DNA of 44,830 nt from a virus (lineage: Duplodnaviria; Caudoviricetes). The notes under the pieces were generated by a model. The model saw nothing but the letters and a program-made list of their open reading frames with translations, was not told the DNA's origin and did no database searches. Of this stretch, positions 1 through 6,427 are shown piece after piece (the first letter of the stretch is position 1; each line of letters starts with the position of its first letter). The DNA is taken from positions 1 to 44,830 of the IMG/VR virus record IMGVR_UViG_3300029318_000015; one strand, given 5' to 3'. The position numbers were made by a program, and so were the translations under genes.

Positions 1-2
1 AC

Positions 3-824
3 CTTCACATTTGCGGAGGTAATCGTTCGCTTGTCGATTTCGAGGAAGTTGAGAAAGTTCCTACTCCGCCTGTTGAGTACCGCAAGAAAGAAAATGCCAA
101 TGGCGAGCGAGCCGTTTCTTATCAACCAATCGCTCACCATGAGGTAGTTGATCGCACAAAGGGCTTTCTTAACCAAAATGGTTTCACCATTCAAGATGAG
201 GTTCATTCTCTCGCTAGGGGTAACCAACATTACTTTGGTTTGTTTGCCGTTGATCATCCTAATCGGGAAGCATCAGATCGCGGTTGCGTTGTGGGGATTC
301 GCAACTCTCACGACAAAACATTTCCTGCAGGGCTTTGTGCAGGTGACGCTCCCTTTGTTTGCGACAACTTGATTTTTACTAATACAATCAAGCTCGCTCG
401 CAGACATACTCGCAACATCTTGAACGATCTTGATACCACTATCAACCGAGCAATCGGTAAGCTTTTCAACTTTTGGCATGGTCAAGACCAAAGGATCGAG
501 GCTTATAAAAATCGTTCTATCGGTAATGTTCTCGCCCATGATCTTATCATCAAGGCAGTTCGTGCAGGTGCTTTGCCTAAGTCCAAAGTTTTAGATGTGG
601 CAGATCAGTGGGCATCTAGTGATCACCTTGAATTTCGTGATCGCAATGTAAATTCACTTTACAACGCATTCACAGAAGTTTACAAGGGTAACCTTGTAGC
701 GTTGCCAAATCGTTCAGACGCTCTTCATTCTGTTCTTGACAGCGTTGTCGATTTTGATATTGACAACCATGTCCCCAATGTCATAGATGTTGAGGTTGTC
801 GAAAACGAATTGGTATCAGTTTAA
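3..824 (+). CDS. DUF932-family phage protein, 5'-truncated at window edge
   Basis: Frame is open from position 3 (LHICGG...YQPIAHHEVV...HYFGLF), upstream of the track start at 240. Motifs GIRNSHDK and FVCDNL plus C-terminal SLYNAFTE are typical of DUF932. Confidence 0.75.
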   Translation, partial: LHICGGNRSLVDFEEVEKVPTPPVEYRKKENANGERAVSYQPIAHHEVVDRTKGFLNQNGFTIQDEVHSLARGNQHYFGLFAVDHPNREASDRGCVVGIRNSHDKTFPAGLCAGDAPFVCDNLIFTNTIKLARRHTRNILNDLDTTINRAIGKLFNFWHGQDQRIEAYKNRSIGNVLAHDLIIKAVRAGALPKSKVLDVADQWASSDHLEFRDRNVNSLYNAFTEVYKGNLVALPNRSDALHSVLDSVVDFDIDNHVPNVIDVEVVENELVSV

Positions 825-845
825 ATAGGGTTGTCGTTTGTCGTT

Positions 846-872
846 AGCCCCCCTCATTCGAGGGGGGTTTTT
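846..872 (+). terminator. Rho-independent terminator
   Basis: GCCCCCCTC-ATTC-GAGGGGGGT hairpin followed by a T tract, just after the 824 stop. Confidence 0.8.
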
Positions 873-891
873 AATGCCCCAAAAAATTTCC

Positions 892-969
892 TAAGTTACT
901 GATAATCAACGACTTATGGCACGGGCGGCGGGGCAGCTGTGCTGTAAATGCTTGTTATTCAATGACTTA
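892..969. repeat. 78-bp dispersed element, copy E1 (25-bp arm / 28-bp GC core / 25-bp arm)
   Basis: TAAGTTACTGATAATCAACGACTTA - TGGCACGGGCGGCGGGGCAGCTGTGCTG - TAAATGCTTGTTATTCAATGACTTA. Confidence 0.95.
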
Positions 970-999
970 CAACAAAATGAAATTTAATTCACTTTTTTC

Positions 1000-1028
1000 T
1001 TGCGTCGAATAGGTTTTTCTGTCAGTGT
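1000..1028 (+). promoter_or_regulatory. sigma70-like early promoter (leaderless geometry)
   Basis: TTGCGT-N17-CAGTGT-N6-ATG(1035). Confidence 0.6.
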
Positions 1029-1034
1029 ATAGGT

Positions 1035-1226
1035 ATGAAACGAATAATTGAAATCTTAATGACCCGCGACGGACTTTCCCGTGAAGAGGCGGAGGATCAA
1101 GTTACTGCATTTAATTCTGAAATGTGGATAGATGTTGGACAAGGCGGAGATCTCTTTGAATGGGAAGAAGCTTTCTCTAGTGAGTTCGGATTAGAGCCTG
1201 ACTTTTTTGAAGATTTAGTGCTTTAA
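1035..1226 (+). CDS. small acidic hypothetical phage protein
   Basis: 63 aa ORF starting 6 nt after a -10 box; motifs LMTRDGLSREEA and FGLEPDF. Confidence 0.8.
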   Translation: MKRIIEILMTRDGLSREEAEDQVTAFNSEMWIDVGQGGDLFEWEEAFSSEFGLEPDFFEDLVL

Positions 1227-1229
1227 TGC

Positions 1230-1258
1230 TTGCAATCGATAAAAAATTTGTTTAGTTT
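1230..1258 (+). promoter_or_regulatory. sigma70-like early promoter (leaderless geometry)
   Basis: TTGCAA-N17-TAGTTT-N6-ATG(1265). Confidence 0.75.
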
Positions 1259-1264
1259 TATATC

Positions 1265-1990
1265 ATGAACTTATTATCAAACCCATCAAAAATGCCTTGC
1301 TTAGGCTTTAACATTCCAGCTTTCAAGTATTGCCCAGCCGCTCAGCTTATGGCAAAAGTCAAGGACAAAGCAAAAAAGTTTATTTGCGATGCTTGTTATG
1401 CTTGCAAAGGTTTTTATATGTTTGCCAATGTCAAACAAAGCTTGCAAGACAAAGCCAATTTTGTTACCAAGTCTTTACATCAAGACAACGGGCAATCCTT
1501 TGTAGATGAGATTTCCAAGCAAATTACCAAAAAGTACTTTGACGCAAAAGGAAACAAAAAAGTTTTAAAGAATGTTAACACGGATCTTTTCAGGGTTCAT
1601 GATTCGGGCGACTTGTTTTCCCCAAAGTACATTGAGGCGTGGATTAAGATTTGCCAAAACTTTCCTTCAATTCGCTTTTGGTTTCCAACTCGTGAGTGGG
1701 CAAGGGATAGTCAATTGCCTTCATTAAAAAAGCTTGCAAGTTTAAAGAATGTATGCTTAAAGCCAAGTGCTTTGTATGTTGACGAACCCGCTCCACAAAT
1801 TGACGGACTCGACGCAGGCACTTCCGTTTATAGCTCAAAAGAGAAAGCCGAGCAAGACGGACATTTTGTTTGCCCCGCAACTTATGTTAAGGATCAAAAC
1901 GGCAAGATTTTAGCAACTTGTAATGCTCATAATTGCAACTTATGTTTTATCAAAGGGTGCAAAAAAGGTATTGCATATTTAGCACATTAA
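1265..1990 (+). CDS. GP88-like Cys-rich phage protein
   Basis: LSNPSKMP, CDACYACKG, FRVHDSGD, WFPTRE and a C-terminal CxxxxCxxC resemble the phage gene product 88 family. Confidence 0.7.
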   Translation: MNLLSNPSKMPCLGFNIPAFKYCPAAQLMAKVKDKAKKFICDACYACKGFYMFANVKQSLQDKANFVTKSLHQDNGQSFVDEISKQITKKYFDAKGNKKVLKNVNTDLFRVHDSGDLFSPKYIEAWIKICQNFPSIRFWFPTREWARDSQLPSLKKLASLKNVCLKPSALYVDEPAPQIDGLDAGTSVYSSKEKAEQDGHFVCPATYVKDQNGKILATCNAHNCNLCFIKGCKKGIAYLAH

Positions 1991-1998
1991 GTTATATT
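1971..1998 (+). promoter_or_regulatory. sigma70-like early promoter (leaderless geometry)
   Basis: TTGCAT-N16-TATATT-N6-ATG(2005). Confidence 0.6.
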
Positions 1999-2004
1999 AG
2001 AATT

Positions 2005-2175
2005 ATGAATTATTACGACTCAGCCGAAGAAATTACTATCACTCAAGATCGTGCCTTGCAAGAATTAGCAAAACACGGAATTACTTCTAATGAAGAGATT
2101 TTAGAATTTTTTGCCGATGTGGGCGAGCAAGAAGAGTACGACGCACAAAAAGTTTTGGTTTGGTTAGGCTACTAG
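2005..2175 (+). CDS. small acidic hypothetical protein (start revised from 1933)
   Basis: MNYYDSAEEI...VLVWLGY; ATG 2005 fits the promoter geometry and avoids overlap with the upstream gene. Confidence 0.75.
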   Translation: MNYYDSAEEITITQDRALQELAKHGITSNEEILEFFADVGEQEEYDAQKVLVWLGY

Positions 2176-2212
2176 CTTTAAACCCAAAATAACAAATAGA
2201 AACTTGCCAAAT

Positions 2213-2234
2213 ACCCCCGAACACCAGGGGGTTT
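2213..2234 (+). terminator. possible weak terminator
   Basis: ACCCCC-GAACACCA-GGGGGT with a short T run, at the same position relative to E2 as the terminators before E1 and E3. Confidence 0.4.
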
Positions 2235-2266
2235 CGGTGTTTGTAGTAAAAACCCCAAAAATTTCC

Positions 2267-2344
2267 TAAGTTGCTGATTATCAACGACTTATGGCACGGG
2301 CGGCGGGGCCGCCGTGCTGTAAATGCCTGATATTCAACAGGTTA
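2267..2344. repeat. 78-bp dispersed element, copy E2
   Basis: TAAGTTGCTGATTATCAACGACTTA - TGGCACGGGCGGCGGGGCCGCCGTGCTG - TAAATGCCTGATATTCAACAGGTTA. Confidence 0.95.
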
Positions 2345-2374
2345 CAACAAAGTGAAAAAAAGTTCACTTTTTTC

Positions 2375-2403
2375 TTGCATTAACTGACAAAAAGCTTTAG
2401 TGT
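2375..2403 (+). promoter_or_regulatory. sigma70-like early promoter (leaderless geometry)
   Basis: TTGCAT-N17-TAGTGT-N6-ATG(2410). Confidence 0.7.
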
Positions 2404-2409
2404 GTTTAT

Positions 2410-2595
2410 ATGACGACAACCAAAGAACTAATCGAACTAATCAATTCAACCGAAGATGGCGAGATGTGGCTATATGATAGTAGGCTTACCAATCATTTAT
2501 CATTAGTAGAGCAAGCACTCGAAGAAGATTTAATTTACTTTGTAAGATCAGCTGATGGTGGATCGGTAACAGAATATCTTCGAGTTTCTTTCTGA
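2410..2595 (+). CDS. hypothetical protein
   Basis: 61 aa ORF directly after promoter. Confidence 0.75.
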   Translation: MTTTKELIELINSTEDGEMWLYDSRLTNHLSLVEQALEEDLIYFVRSADGGSVTEYLRVSF

Positions 2596-2600
2596 TTAGC

Positions 2601-2629
2601 TTGACAAACAACAAAAATTAAACTAGATT
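2601..2629 (+). promoter_or_regulatory. sigma70-like early promoter
   Basis: TTGACA-N17-TAGATT-N9-ATG(2639). Confidence 0.75.
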
Positions 2630-2638
2630 TTATTTATT

Positions 2639-3034
2639 ATGATTAACTACGACATACCAAACTCAATCTCACAATTCAATCCAAAACCTTCTATGCTAGA
2701 TTTTGACGATCTAGATTTTCAACCACATCGTGGTACTGATGATGCAGTCCAAGCAACGCTTGATTTTGGCAACGGACTCTCTATTTCTGTCGTCGCAGGA
2801 TTTGATGGATGTAGAGGACTTTATGGTGATTTAGAGGAAGACCTTTACGAAGTTGCAATCTTTGACAAAAACGGCATGATTCCACTTTCTCCTAGTGACG
2901 ATGTTGTCGGTTGGCAATCTCCTGCTCAAGTATCTATCCTAATGGCAAAAGCTCAAGTCGAAGGAAGCGTTTGGGTTGACGAACTAATTGCAGACAAAGC
3001 AGAATTTAGAAGAGATTTAGGGCTTGACGACTAA
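2639..3034 (+). CDS. hypothetical phage protein
   Basis: 131 aa; FGNGLSISVV...GLYG...LYEVAI...DDVVGW pattern resembles small phage proteins. Confidence 0.8.
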   Translation: MINYDIPNSISQFNPKPSMLDFDDLDFQPHRGTDDAVQATLDFGNGLSISVVAGFDGCRGLYGDLEEDLYEVAIFDKNGMIPLSPSDDVVGWQSPAQVSILMAKAQVEGSVWVDELIADKAEFRRDLGLDD

Positions 3035-3052
3035 TTACAACTAAACTATATT
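3024..3052 (+). promoter_or_regulatory. sigma70-like early promoter (leaderless geometry)
   Basis: TTGACG-N17-TATATT-N6-ATG(3059). Confidence 0.75.
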
Positions 3053-3058
3053 AAACAC

Positions 3059-3256
3059 ATGAAGATAAAAATTGAAGATTACTACGGCAATGATATTTGT
3101 TCGTTTAAGGTTAACACTTTCGCAAGCAACAATAGCTTACAAGACATTGGAGAGTTTGAAGGTTGCAGTTATGCAGACATGGACATAGACGAATATTCTG
3201 AGCCATATATTCGCATACAATTAGAAAATGAAAACTTGACTTTATTACAAAACTAA
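3059..3256 (+). CDS. small acidic hypothetical protein
   Basis: 65 aa ORF directly after promoter. Confidence 0.75.
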   Translation: MKIKIEDYYGNDICSFKVNTFASNNSLQDIGEFEGCSYADMDIDEYSEPYIRIQLENENLTLLQN

Positions 3257-3264
3257 ACTAGATT
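3236..3264 (+). promoter_or_regulatory. sigma70-like early promoter (leaderless geometry)
   Basis: TTGACT-N17-TAGATT-N6-ATG(3271). Confidence 0.75.
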
Positions 3265-3270
3265 ACTATT

Positions 3271-3567
3271 ATGACAGACAACGAAAAAGCAATCCGTAAA
3301 GCTAACGCCCAATTTGGGGAAGAGTTCCTTAGTTCTAAAAAACAGGAATGGCTCGCAATCCGAAAAGATCATAGAATTGACCGAGACAACGCAATTCTTG
3401 ATTTAGTAAAAGCAGGTGTTGACATCCTTGAAGCAAGAGCTATTATTGACAGAGAAATCAAAGAAGAAGAAGACACTTTTAAATTCATTGCAGTAAATGA
3501 AATTCGCAGACAGAAAAGAGCATTAGAGAAAGAGTTAAAAGTTAAAACCCACAAAAATTCATTATGA
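3271..3567 (+). CDS. hypothetical helical protein
   Basis: 98 aa ORF directly after promoter. Confidence 0.75.
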   Translation: MTDNEKAIRKANAQFGEEFLSSKKQEWLAIRKDHRIDRDNAILDLVKAGVDILEARAIIDREIKEEEDTFKFIAVNEIRRQKRALEKELKVKTHKNSL

Positions 3568-3830
3568 CAGAAGAACAAAGAATCGCAATTATCGCCAACG
3601 CATATCGTGAGTCGAAAGGCTTGCCAAGCAACAATCTAGTTGAGGACTTCGTTTCAGAAGTCAAGACAGAAGAGTTTGTTACTGAACATGGATTATTTGA
3701 TGTCACAGACCAAGACATCGAAGATGAGGCTTCGCTTTTCGAGCATCACGAATCTGCCGAAGACATTGACGAAGAAGACGAAGACATGGGAGTGTCTGAC
3801 GAGATGAAAGGAGTTTATCATGATAGTTGA
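3564..3830 (+). CDS. highly acidic hypothetical protein
   Basis: 88 aa, ATGA overlap with the previous gene, D/E-rich C-terminal two thirds. Confidence 0.75.
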   Translation: MTEEQRIAIIANAYRESKGLPSNNLVEDFVSEVKTEEFVTEHGLFDVTDQDIEDEASLFEHHESAEDIDEEDEDMGVSDEMKGVYHDS

Positions 3831-3888
3831 GTTGTTAATGTTCTCGCCTTGGGTGCTTGTGTTTTGGATGATATGGGAAGGAATTTAG
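3820..3888 (+). CDS. 22-aa hydrophobic peptide (not in ORF track)
   Basis: AAGGAG at 3808-3813, then MIVELLMFSPWVLVFWMIWEGI*. Confidence 0.5.
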   Translation: MIVELLMFSPWVLVFWMIWEGI

Positions 3889-3907
3889 TTATAGAATAAG
3901 TCTATAA

Positions 3908-3997
3908 GCAGAGCCAAGGAGTTCTTTATATTATCTCCAAAGGGATAAATGCGAGTGGGGGCAACAAATCCCCATGATGACCACAAACCTGTTCTGC
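3908..3997 (+). ncRNA. candidate structured RNA (multibranch), unclassified
   Basis: Closing stem GCAGAGC/GTTCTGC encloses hairpins TTATCTC-CAAA-GGGATAA and TGGGGG-CAACAAA-TCCCCA; lies immediately upstream of a terminator. Confidence 0.3.
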
Positions 3998-4005
3998 ATA
4001 TAGTG

Positions 4006-4041
4006 AAGCCCTTCCGTTAAGCGTTGACGGAGGGGCTTTTT
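4006..4041 (+). terminator. Rho-independent terminator
   Basis: AAGCCCTTCCGTTAA-GCG-TTGACGGAGGGGCTT followed by TTT. Confidence 0.85.
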
Positions 4042-4060
4042 ATTGCCCTAAAAAATTTCG

Positions 4061-4138
4061 TAAGTTGCTGAATATCAACGACTTACAGCAGGCCGCGCGG
4101 GGCCGCCGTGCCATAAACCCCTCATATACAACACTTTA
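4061..4138. repeat. 78-bp dispersed element, copy E3
   Basis: TAAGTTGCTGAATATCAACGACTTA - CAGCAGGCCGCGCGGGGCCGCCGTGCCA - TAAACCCCTCATATACAACACTTTA. Confidence 0.95.
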
Positions 4139-4168
4139 CAACAAAATGAAAAAAACATTAAAAAAAGC

Positions 4169-4197
4169 TTGCAATTAGTTTTTATTTCGCTTAGTTT
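4169..4197 (+). promoter_or_regulatory. sigma70-like early promoter (leaderless geometry)
   Basis: TTGCAA-N17-TAGTTT-N6-ATG(4204). Confidence 0.75.
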
Positions 4198-4203
4198 ATT
4201 ATT

Positions 4204-4392
4204 ATGCAAAACATTAAATCACTACTCAAAAGAATCGACGAACTACAAGCCATTATTGACACCGAAACCCCTGACGCAGACGCAGGGTGCGATTGGTCAA
4301 AGTCGCTTGTTATTAACGCTGAGAACGAAAAGGACGAAGTGCAAGATCGCATTGATGCCCTTGCTCTTTTTGTCGCAGTAAGTAATCTATAA
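4204..4392 (+). CDS. hypothetical protein
   Basis: 62 aa ORF directly after promoter. Confidence 0.75.
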   Translation: MQNIKSLLKRIDELQAIIDTETPDADAGCDWSKSLVINAENEKDEVQDRIDALALFVAVSNL

Positions 4393-4404
4393 GAAAGGAA
4401 AATT

Positions 4405-4632
4405 ATGACAGACACAACATATAACGGATGGAAGAACTGGGCAACCTGGAATGTCGCCCTTTGGTTAGGAAACGACGAAGGCTTATATAGGCTTTCTCGT
4501 AGGTTCGTGAGTTACAAGGATCTTGCGAATGAACTTGAGGAACTTGGCACTTTTAGCACTCCTGACGGAGCGAGTTACAAGGATGATGACCTTGACACCT
4601 ACGCACTTGATGAGTGGCTTATGGACGAATAG
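4405..4632 (+). CDS. conserved-type small phage protein (YNGWxNWxTW motif)
   Basis: GAAAGGAA RBS; TYNGWKNWATWNVALWLGNDEGLY is a motif recognisable from small phage proteins. Confidence 0.85.
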   Translation: MTDTTYNGWKNWATWNVALWLGNDEGLYRLSRRFVSYKDLANELEELGTFSTPDGASYKDDDLDTYALDEWLMDE

Positions 4633-4636
4633 TCCA

Positions 4637-4714
4637 TAAGTTACTTATAATCAGCGACTTACAGCAAAGTCGCCGTGCGCGGTTTGCCATAAACCCTTGA
4701 TATTCAAGGATTTA
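4637..4714. repeat. 78-bp dispersed element, copy E4 (at the convergence point of the early genes)
   Basis: TAAGTTACTTATAATCAGCGACTTA - CAGCAAAGTCGCCGTGCGCGGTTTGCCA - TAAACCCTTGATATTCAAGGATTTA. Confidence 0.95.
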
Positions 4715-4733
4715 TAGAAACCATTTTTAAGTG

Positions 4734-5042
4734 TTAAAAAACGAGAAGATCAGGCAACTTTGTGTTACTTGCGAACCAATCGTTTGCGTTAATTACTTCC
4801 CCGTTTAACACAGGCTCAAATTGGAACTGAAAAACATTGGCATTGGCTATGCCGTTGACGCGTTCGCGTGTGGTGGGCGTATTCCATCCCGCGAGTGACC
4901 ACCTGACAAGTCCGTCAGGATCACGCTTGACAATTGCGTTGCCATGCAACCAAACGGTTTGCCCGTCTGTCTTGGTGTTGCCGACTTTTAAAGATCTGCC
5001 TTCTTCAAAGGCTTTTTTGATTTGTTGTGTGACTTTTCTCAT
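4734..5042 (-). CDS. hypothetical phage protein
   Basis: 102 aa; VWLHGNAI...SLAGWNTPTTRERVNG; start overlaps the stop of the upstream gene. Confidence 0.85.
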   Translation of the reverse strand: MRKVTQQIKKAFEEGRSLKVGNTKTDGQTVWLHGNAIVKRDPDGLVRWSLAGWNTPTTRERVNGIANANVFQFQFEPVLNGEVINANDWFASNTKLPDLLVF

Positions 5043-5215
5043 ATTTCTTCAGTGTTAATTATTAAAACTCTATTGCCTTTTTTTCTTTCTTCTTTTTTTA
5101 GTTCTTTTGCAATTTCCATCGCTTGAGCTTGTGATTTTGCGTTGTCTACGATTTTCCCAAAAAAGCGAATGTCAAACCAATTTGAGAAGTTAGTGTTTTT
5201 TCCTATTGTGATCAT
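5039..5215 (-). CDS. 58-aa hypothetical protein (not in ORF track)
   Basis: MITIGKNTNFSNWFDIRFFGKIVDNAKSQAQAMEIAKELKKEERKKGNRVLIINTEEI*; starts 6 nt after a -10 box; ATGA overlap with the next gene. Confidence 0.75.
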   Translation of the reverse strand: MITIGKNTNFSNWFDIRFFGKIVDNAKSQAQAMEIAKELKKEERKKGNRVLIINTEEI

Positions 5216-5221
5216 GATTAT

Positions 5222-5250
5222 AAACTAAAAGATTTTTTGTTGAATTGCAA
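5222..5250 (-). promoter_or_regulatory. sigma70-like early promoter (leaderless geometry)
   Basis: TTGCAA-N17-TAGTTT-N6-ATG(5215). Confidence 0.75.
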
Positions 5251-5253
5251 GCT

Positions 5254-5442
5254 TTATTTTGCAAAAAGTGGGTGAATTTTTACATCCTCAAAACGAATGC
5301 CAACTTGGCGATTAGTGAGGTATGGGCGAACCATTGCGATAGTGCCGAGATCTTCGTGCTCGGTAGCTTGGATAAACTGAAAGATTTTGCCATCCCTTGA
5401 GAGGAGAACATCACCTTTTTTGAATTTTGTTGTCTTTGTCAT
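5254..5442 (-). CDS. hypothetical protein, possibly a small SH3/KOW-like barrel (start revised from 5580)
   Basis: MTKTTKFKKGDVLLSRDGKIFQFI...; ATG 5442 fits the promoter. Confidence 0.7.
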   Translation of the reverse strand: MTKTTKFKKGDVLLSRDGKIFQFIQATEHEDLGTIAMVRPYLTNRQVGIRFEDVKIHPLFAK

Positions 5443-5450
5443 ATAAGTAT

Positions 5451-5479
5451 ACTCTAAGAAATTTTTTGTCGAATTGCAA
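5451..5479 (-). promoter_or_regulatory. sigma70-like early promoter
   Basis: TTGCAA-N17-TAGAGT-N8-ATG(5442). Confidence 0.75.
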
Positions 5480-5491
5480 GCAAAAAGCGTT

Positions 5492-5677
5492 TTATTTTGA
5501 ATTATTTTTATGAGTGAATTCGGCTTGATTGATCCAATGATCGAGCCAAGCTTGATTTTCTGCCAAAAGATTTTTGGCAATCTGAACCATTACAGCGTTG
5601 CTGTCGTGGGCAATGGTTTCCCGTAGGATCACCATTTCGGCTTTAACTTTTGAGAGGAGTCTCACTGATTTATCCAT
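5492..5677 (-). CDS. hypothetical protein
   Basis: 61 aa ORF directly after promoter. Confidence 0.75.
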   Translation of the reverse strand: MDKSVRLLSKVKAEMVILRETIAHDSNAVMVQIAKNLLAENQAWLDHWINQAEFTHKNNSK

Positions 5678-5683
5678 AATTAT

Positions 5684-5712
5684 AAACTAGCAGTTTAATG
5701 ATTTTATTGCAA
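5684..5712 (-). promoter_or_regulatory. sigma70-like early promoter (leaderless geometry)
   Basis: TTGCAA-N17-TAGTTT-N6-ATG(5677). Confidence 0.75.
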
Positions 5713-5728
5713 GAAAAAAGTTTGCGAA

Positions 5729-5902
5729 TTATAAACTTTTATTTGCGGCATCTTTTACCATTTGAATATTCCACAAGTGACCACCTGGGCATTCCCAAAG
5801 CATATGGTCAGCATGAAGGCAGACCACAAGTTTAAGTCCATTGTCTTTGATGAACTTGTCGATTCCTAACTTTGTGAGATGTGTTTGAATTTCGTTTGTC
5901 AT
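5729..5902 (-). CDS. 57-aa WECPGGHxW-motif protein (paralog A; start revised from 5920)
   Basis: MTNEIQ...FIKDNGL...MLWECPGGHLWNIQMVKDA. Confidence 0.75.
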   Translation of the reverse strand: MTNEIQTHLTKLGIDKFIKDNGLKLVVCLHADHMLWECPGGHLWNIQMVKDAANKSL

Positions 5903-5910
5903 ATAAGTAT

Positions 5911-5939
5911 AAACTAGCAAAGAAACAAGCTAATTGCAA
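5911..5939 (-). promoter_or_regulatory. sigma70-like early promoter
   Basis: TTGCAA-N17-TAGTTT-N8-ATG(5902). Confidence 0.75.
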
Positions 5940-6009
5940 GAAAAAAACAACAAAGTTATTCACAAAATGCAATTTAAAAGTTGGCACGGAATCTGTATCG
6001 AGTTTTATG

Positions 6010-6087
6010 TAAGTTATTGAATATCAATGACTTACAGCACAAACCGCGCGGGCGGCCTGCCATAAACCCTTGATATTCAAGGACTTA
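6010..6087. repeat. 78-bp dispersed element, copy E5
   Basis: TAAGTTATTGAATATCAATGACTTA - CAGCACAAACCGCGCGGGCGGCCTGCCA - TAAACCCTTGATATTCAAGGACTTA. Confidence 0.95.
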
Positions 6088-6101
6088 TGTAAACCGTTGT
6101 A

Positions 6102-6197
6102 TTATCCTGCTATTAGGTGGGCTAATCCAGCGACACCAAACAAGATGACTGATCCACCTAAACCTGTGACTAAAACTAATGTAACTAATTCTCTCAT
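6102..6197 (-). CDS. 31-aa single-TM peptide (not in ORF track)
   Basis: MRELVTLVLVTGLGGSVILFGVAGLAHLIAG*; ATGA overlap with the stop of 6194..6418. Confidence 0.6.
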   Translation of the reverse strand: MRELVTLVLVTGLGGSVILFGVAGLAHLIAG

Positions 6198-6418
6198 AAA
6201 CTTTCTATAAACTCTTTGAACGCAAAGATGTGATGTCCTTGCGTAAGATTGACTTTTTCTGATATGTCAACTATATTCCCACTTTTGTAATTTTTTTCGA
6301 AACATTCTTGCCCGATTTGAACATCGTATTGCTCACGCTTGTAATCGGGGTGAGCAGATGAGCAGATGATAGGGATGCCTGTCGAACCTAATTTTGTAAG
6401 TATCCAATGTGCTTGCAT
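6194..6418 (-). CDS. hypothetical protein
   Basis: 74 aa ORF in a tightly packed minus-strand unit. Confidence 0.7.
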   Translation of the reverse strand: MQAHWILTKLGSTGIPIICSSAHPDYKREQYDVQIGQECFEKNYKSGNIVDISEKVNLTQGHHIFAFKEFIESL

Positions 6419-6427
6419 GATACTAGA

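Noticed and set aside
3908-3997. tRNA or hammerhead ribozyme
   Set aside because: No TTC-containing T-loop, D-loop GG or anticodon-arm geometry; TGATGA is present but the hammerhead CTGATGA/GAAA core is not.
892-6087. 78-bp repeats as a CRISPR array
   Set aside because: Copies are 0.6-1.8 kb apart with whole genes between them, the paired arms are not identical, and no cas genes are present.
892-6087. Near-equal spacing E1-E2 (1375 bp) and E4-E5 (1373 bp) as a periodic signal
   Set aside because: The other intervals are 1794 and 576 bp; with four intervals this is plausibly coincidence.
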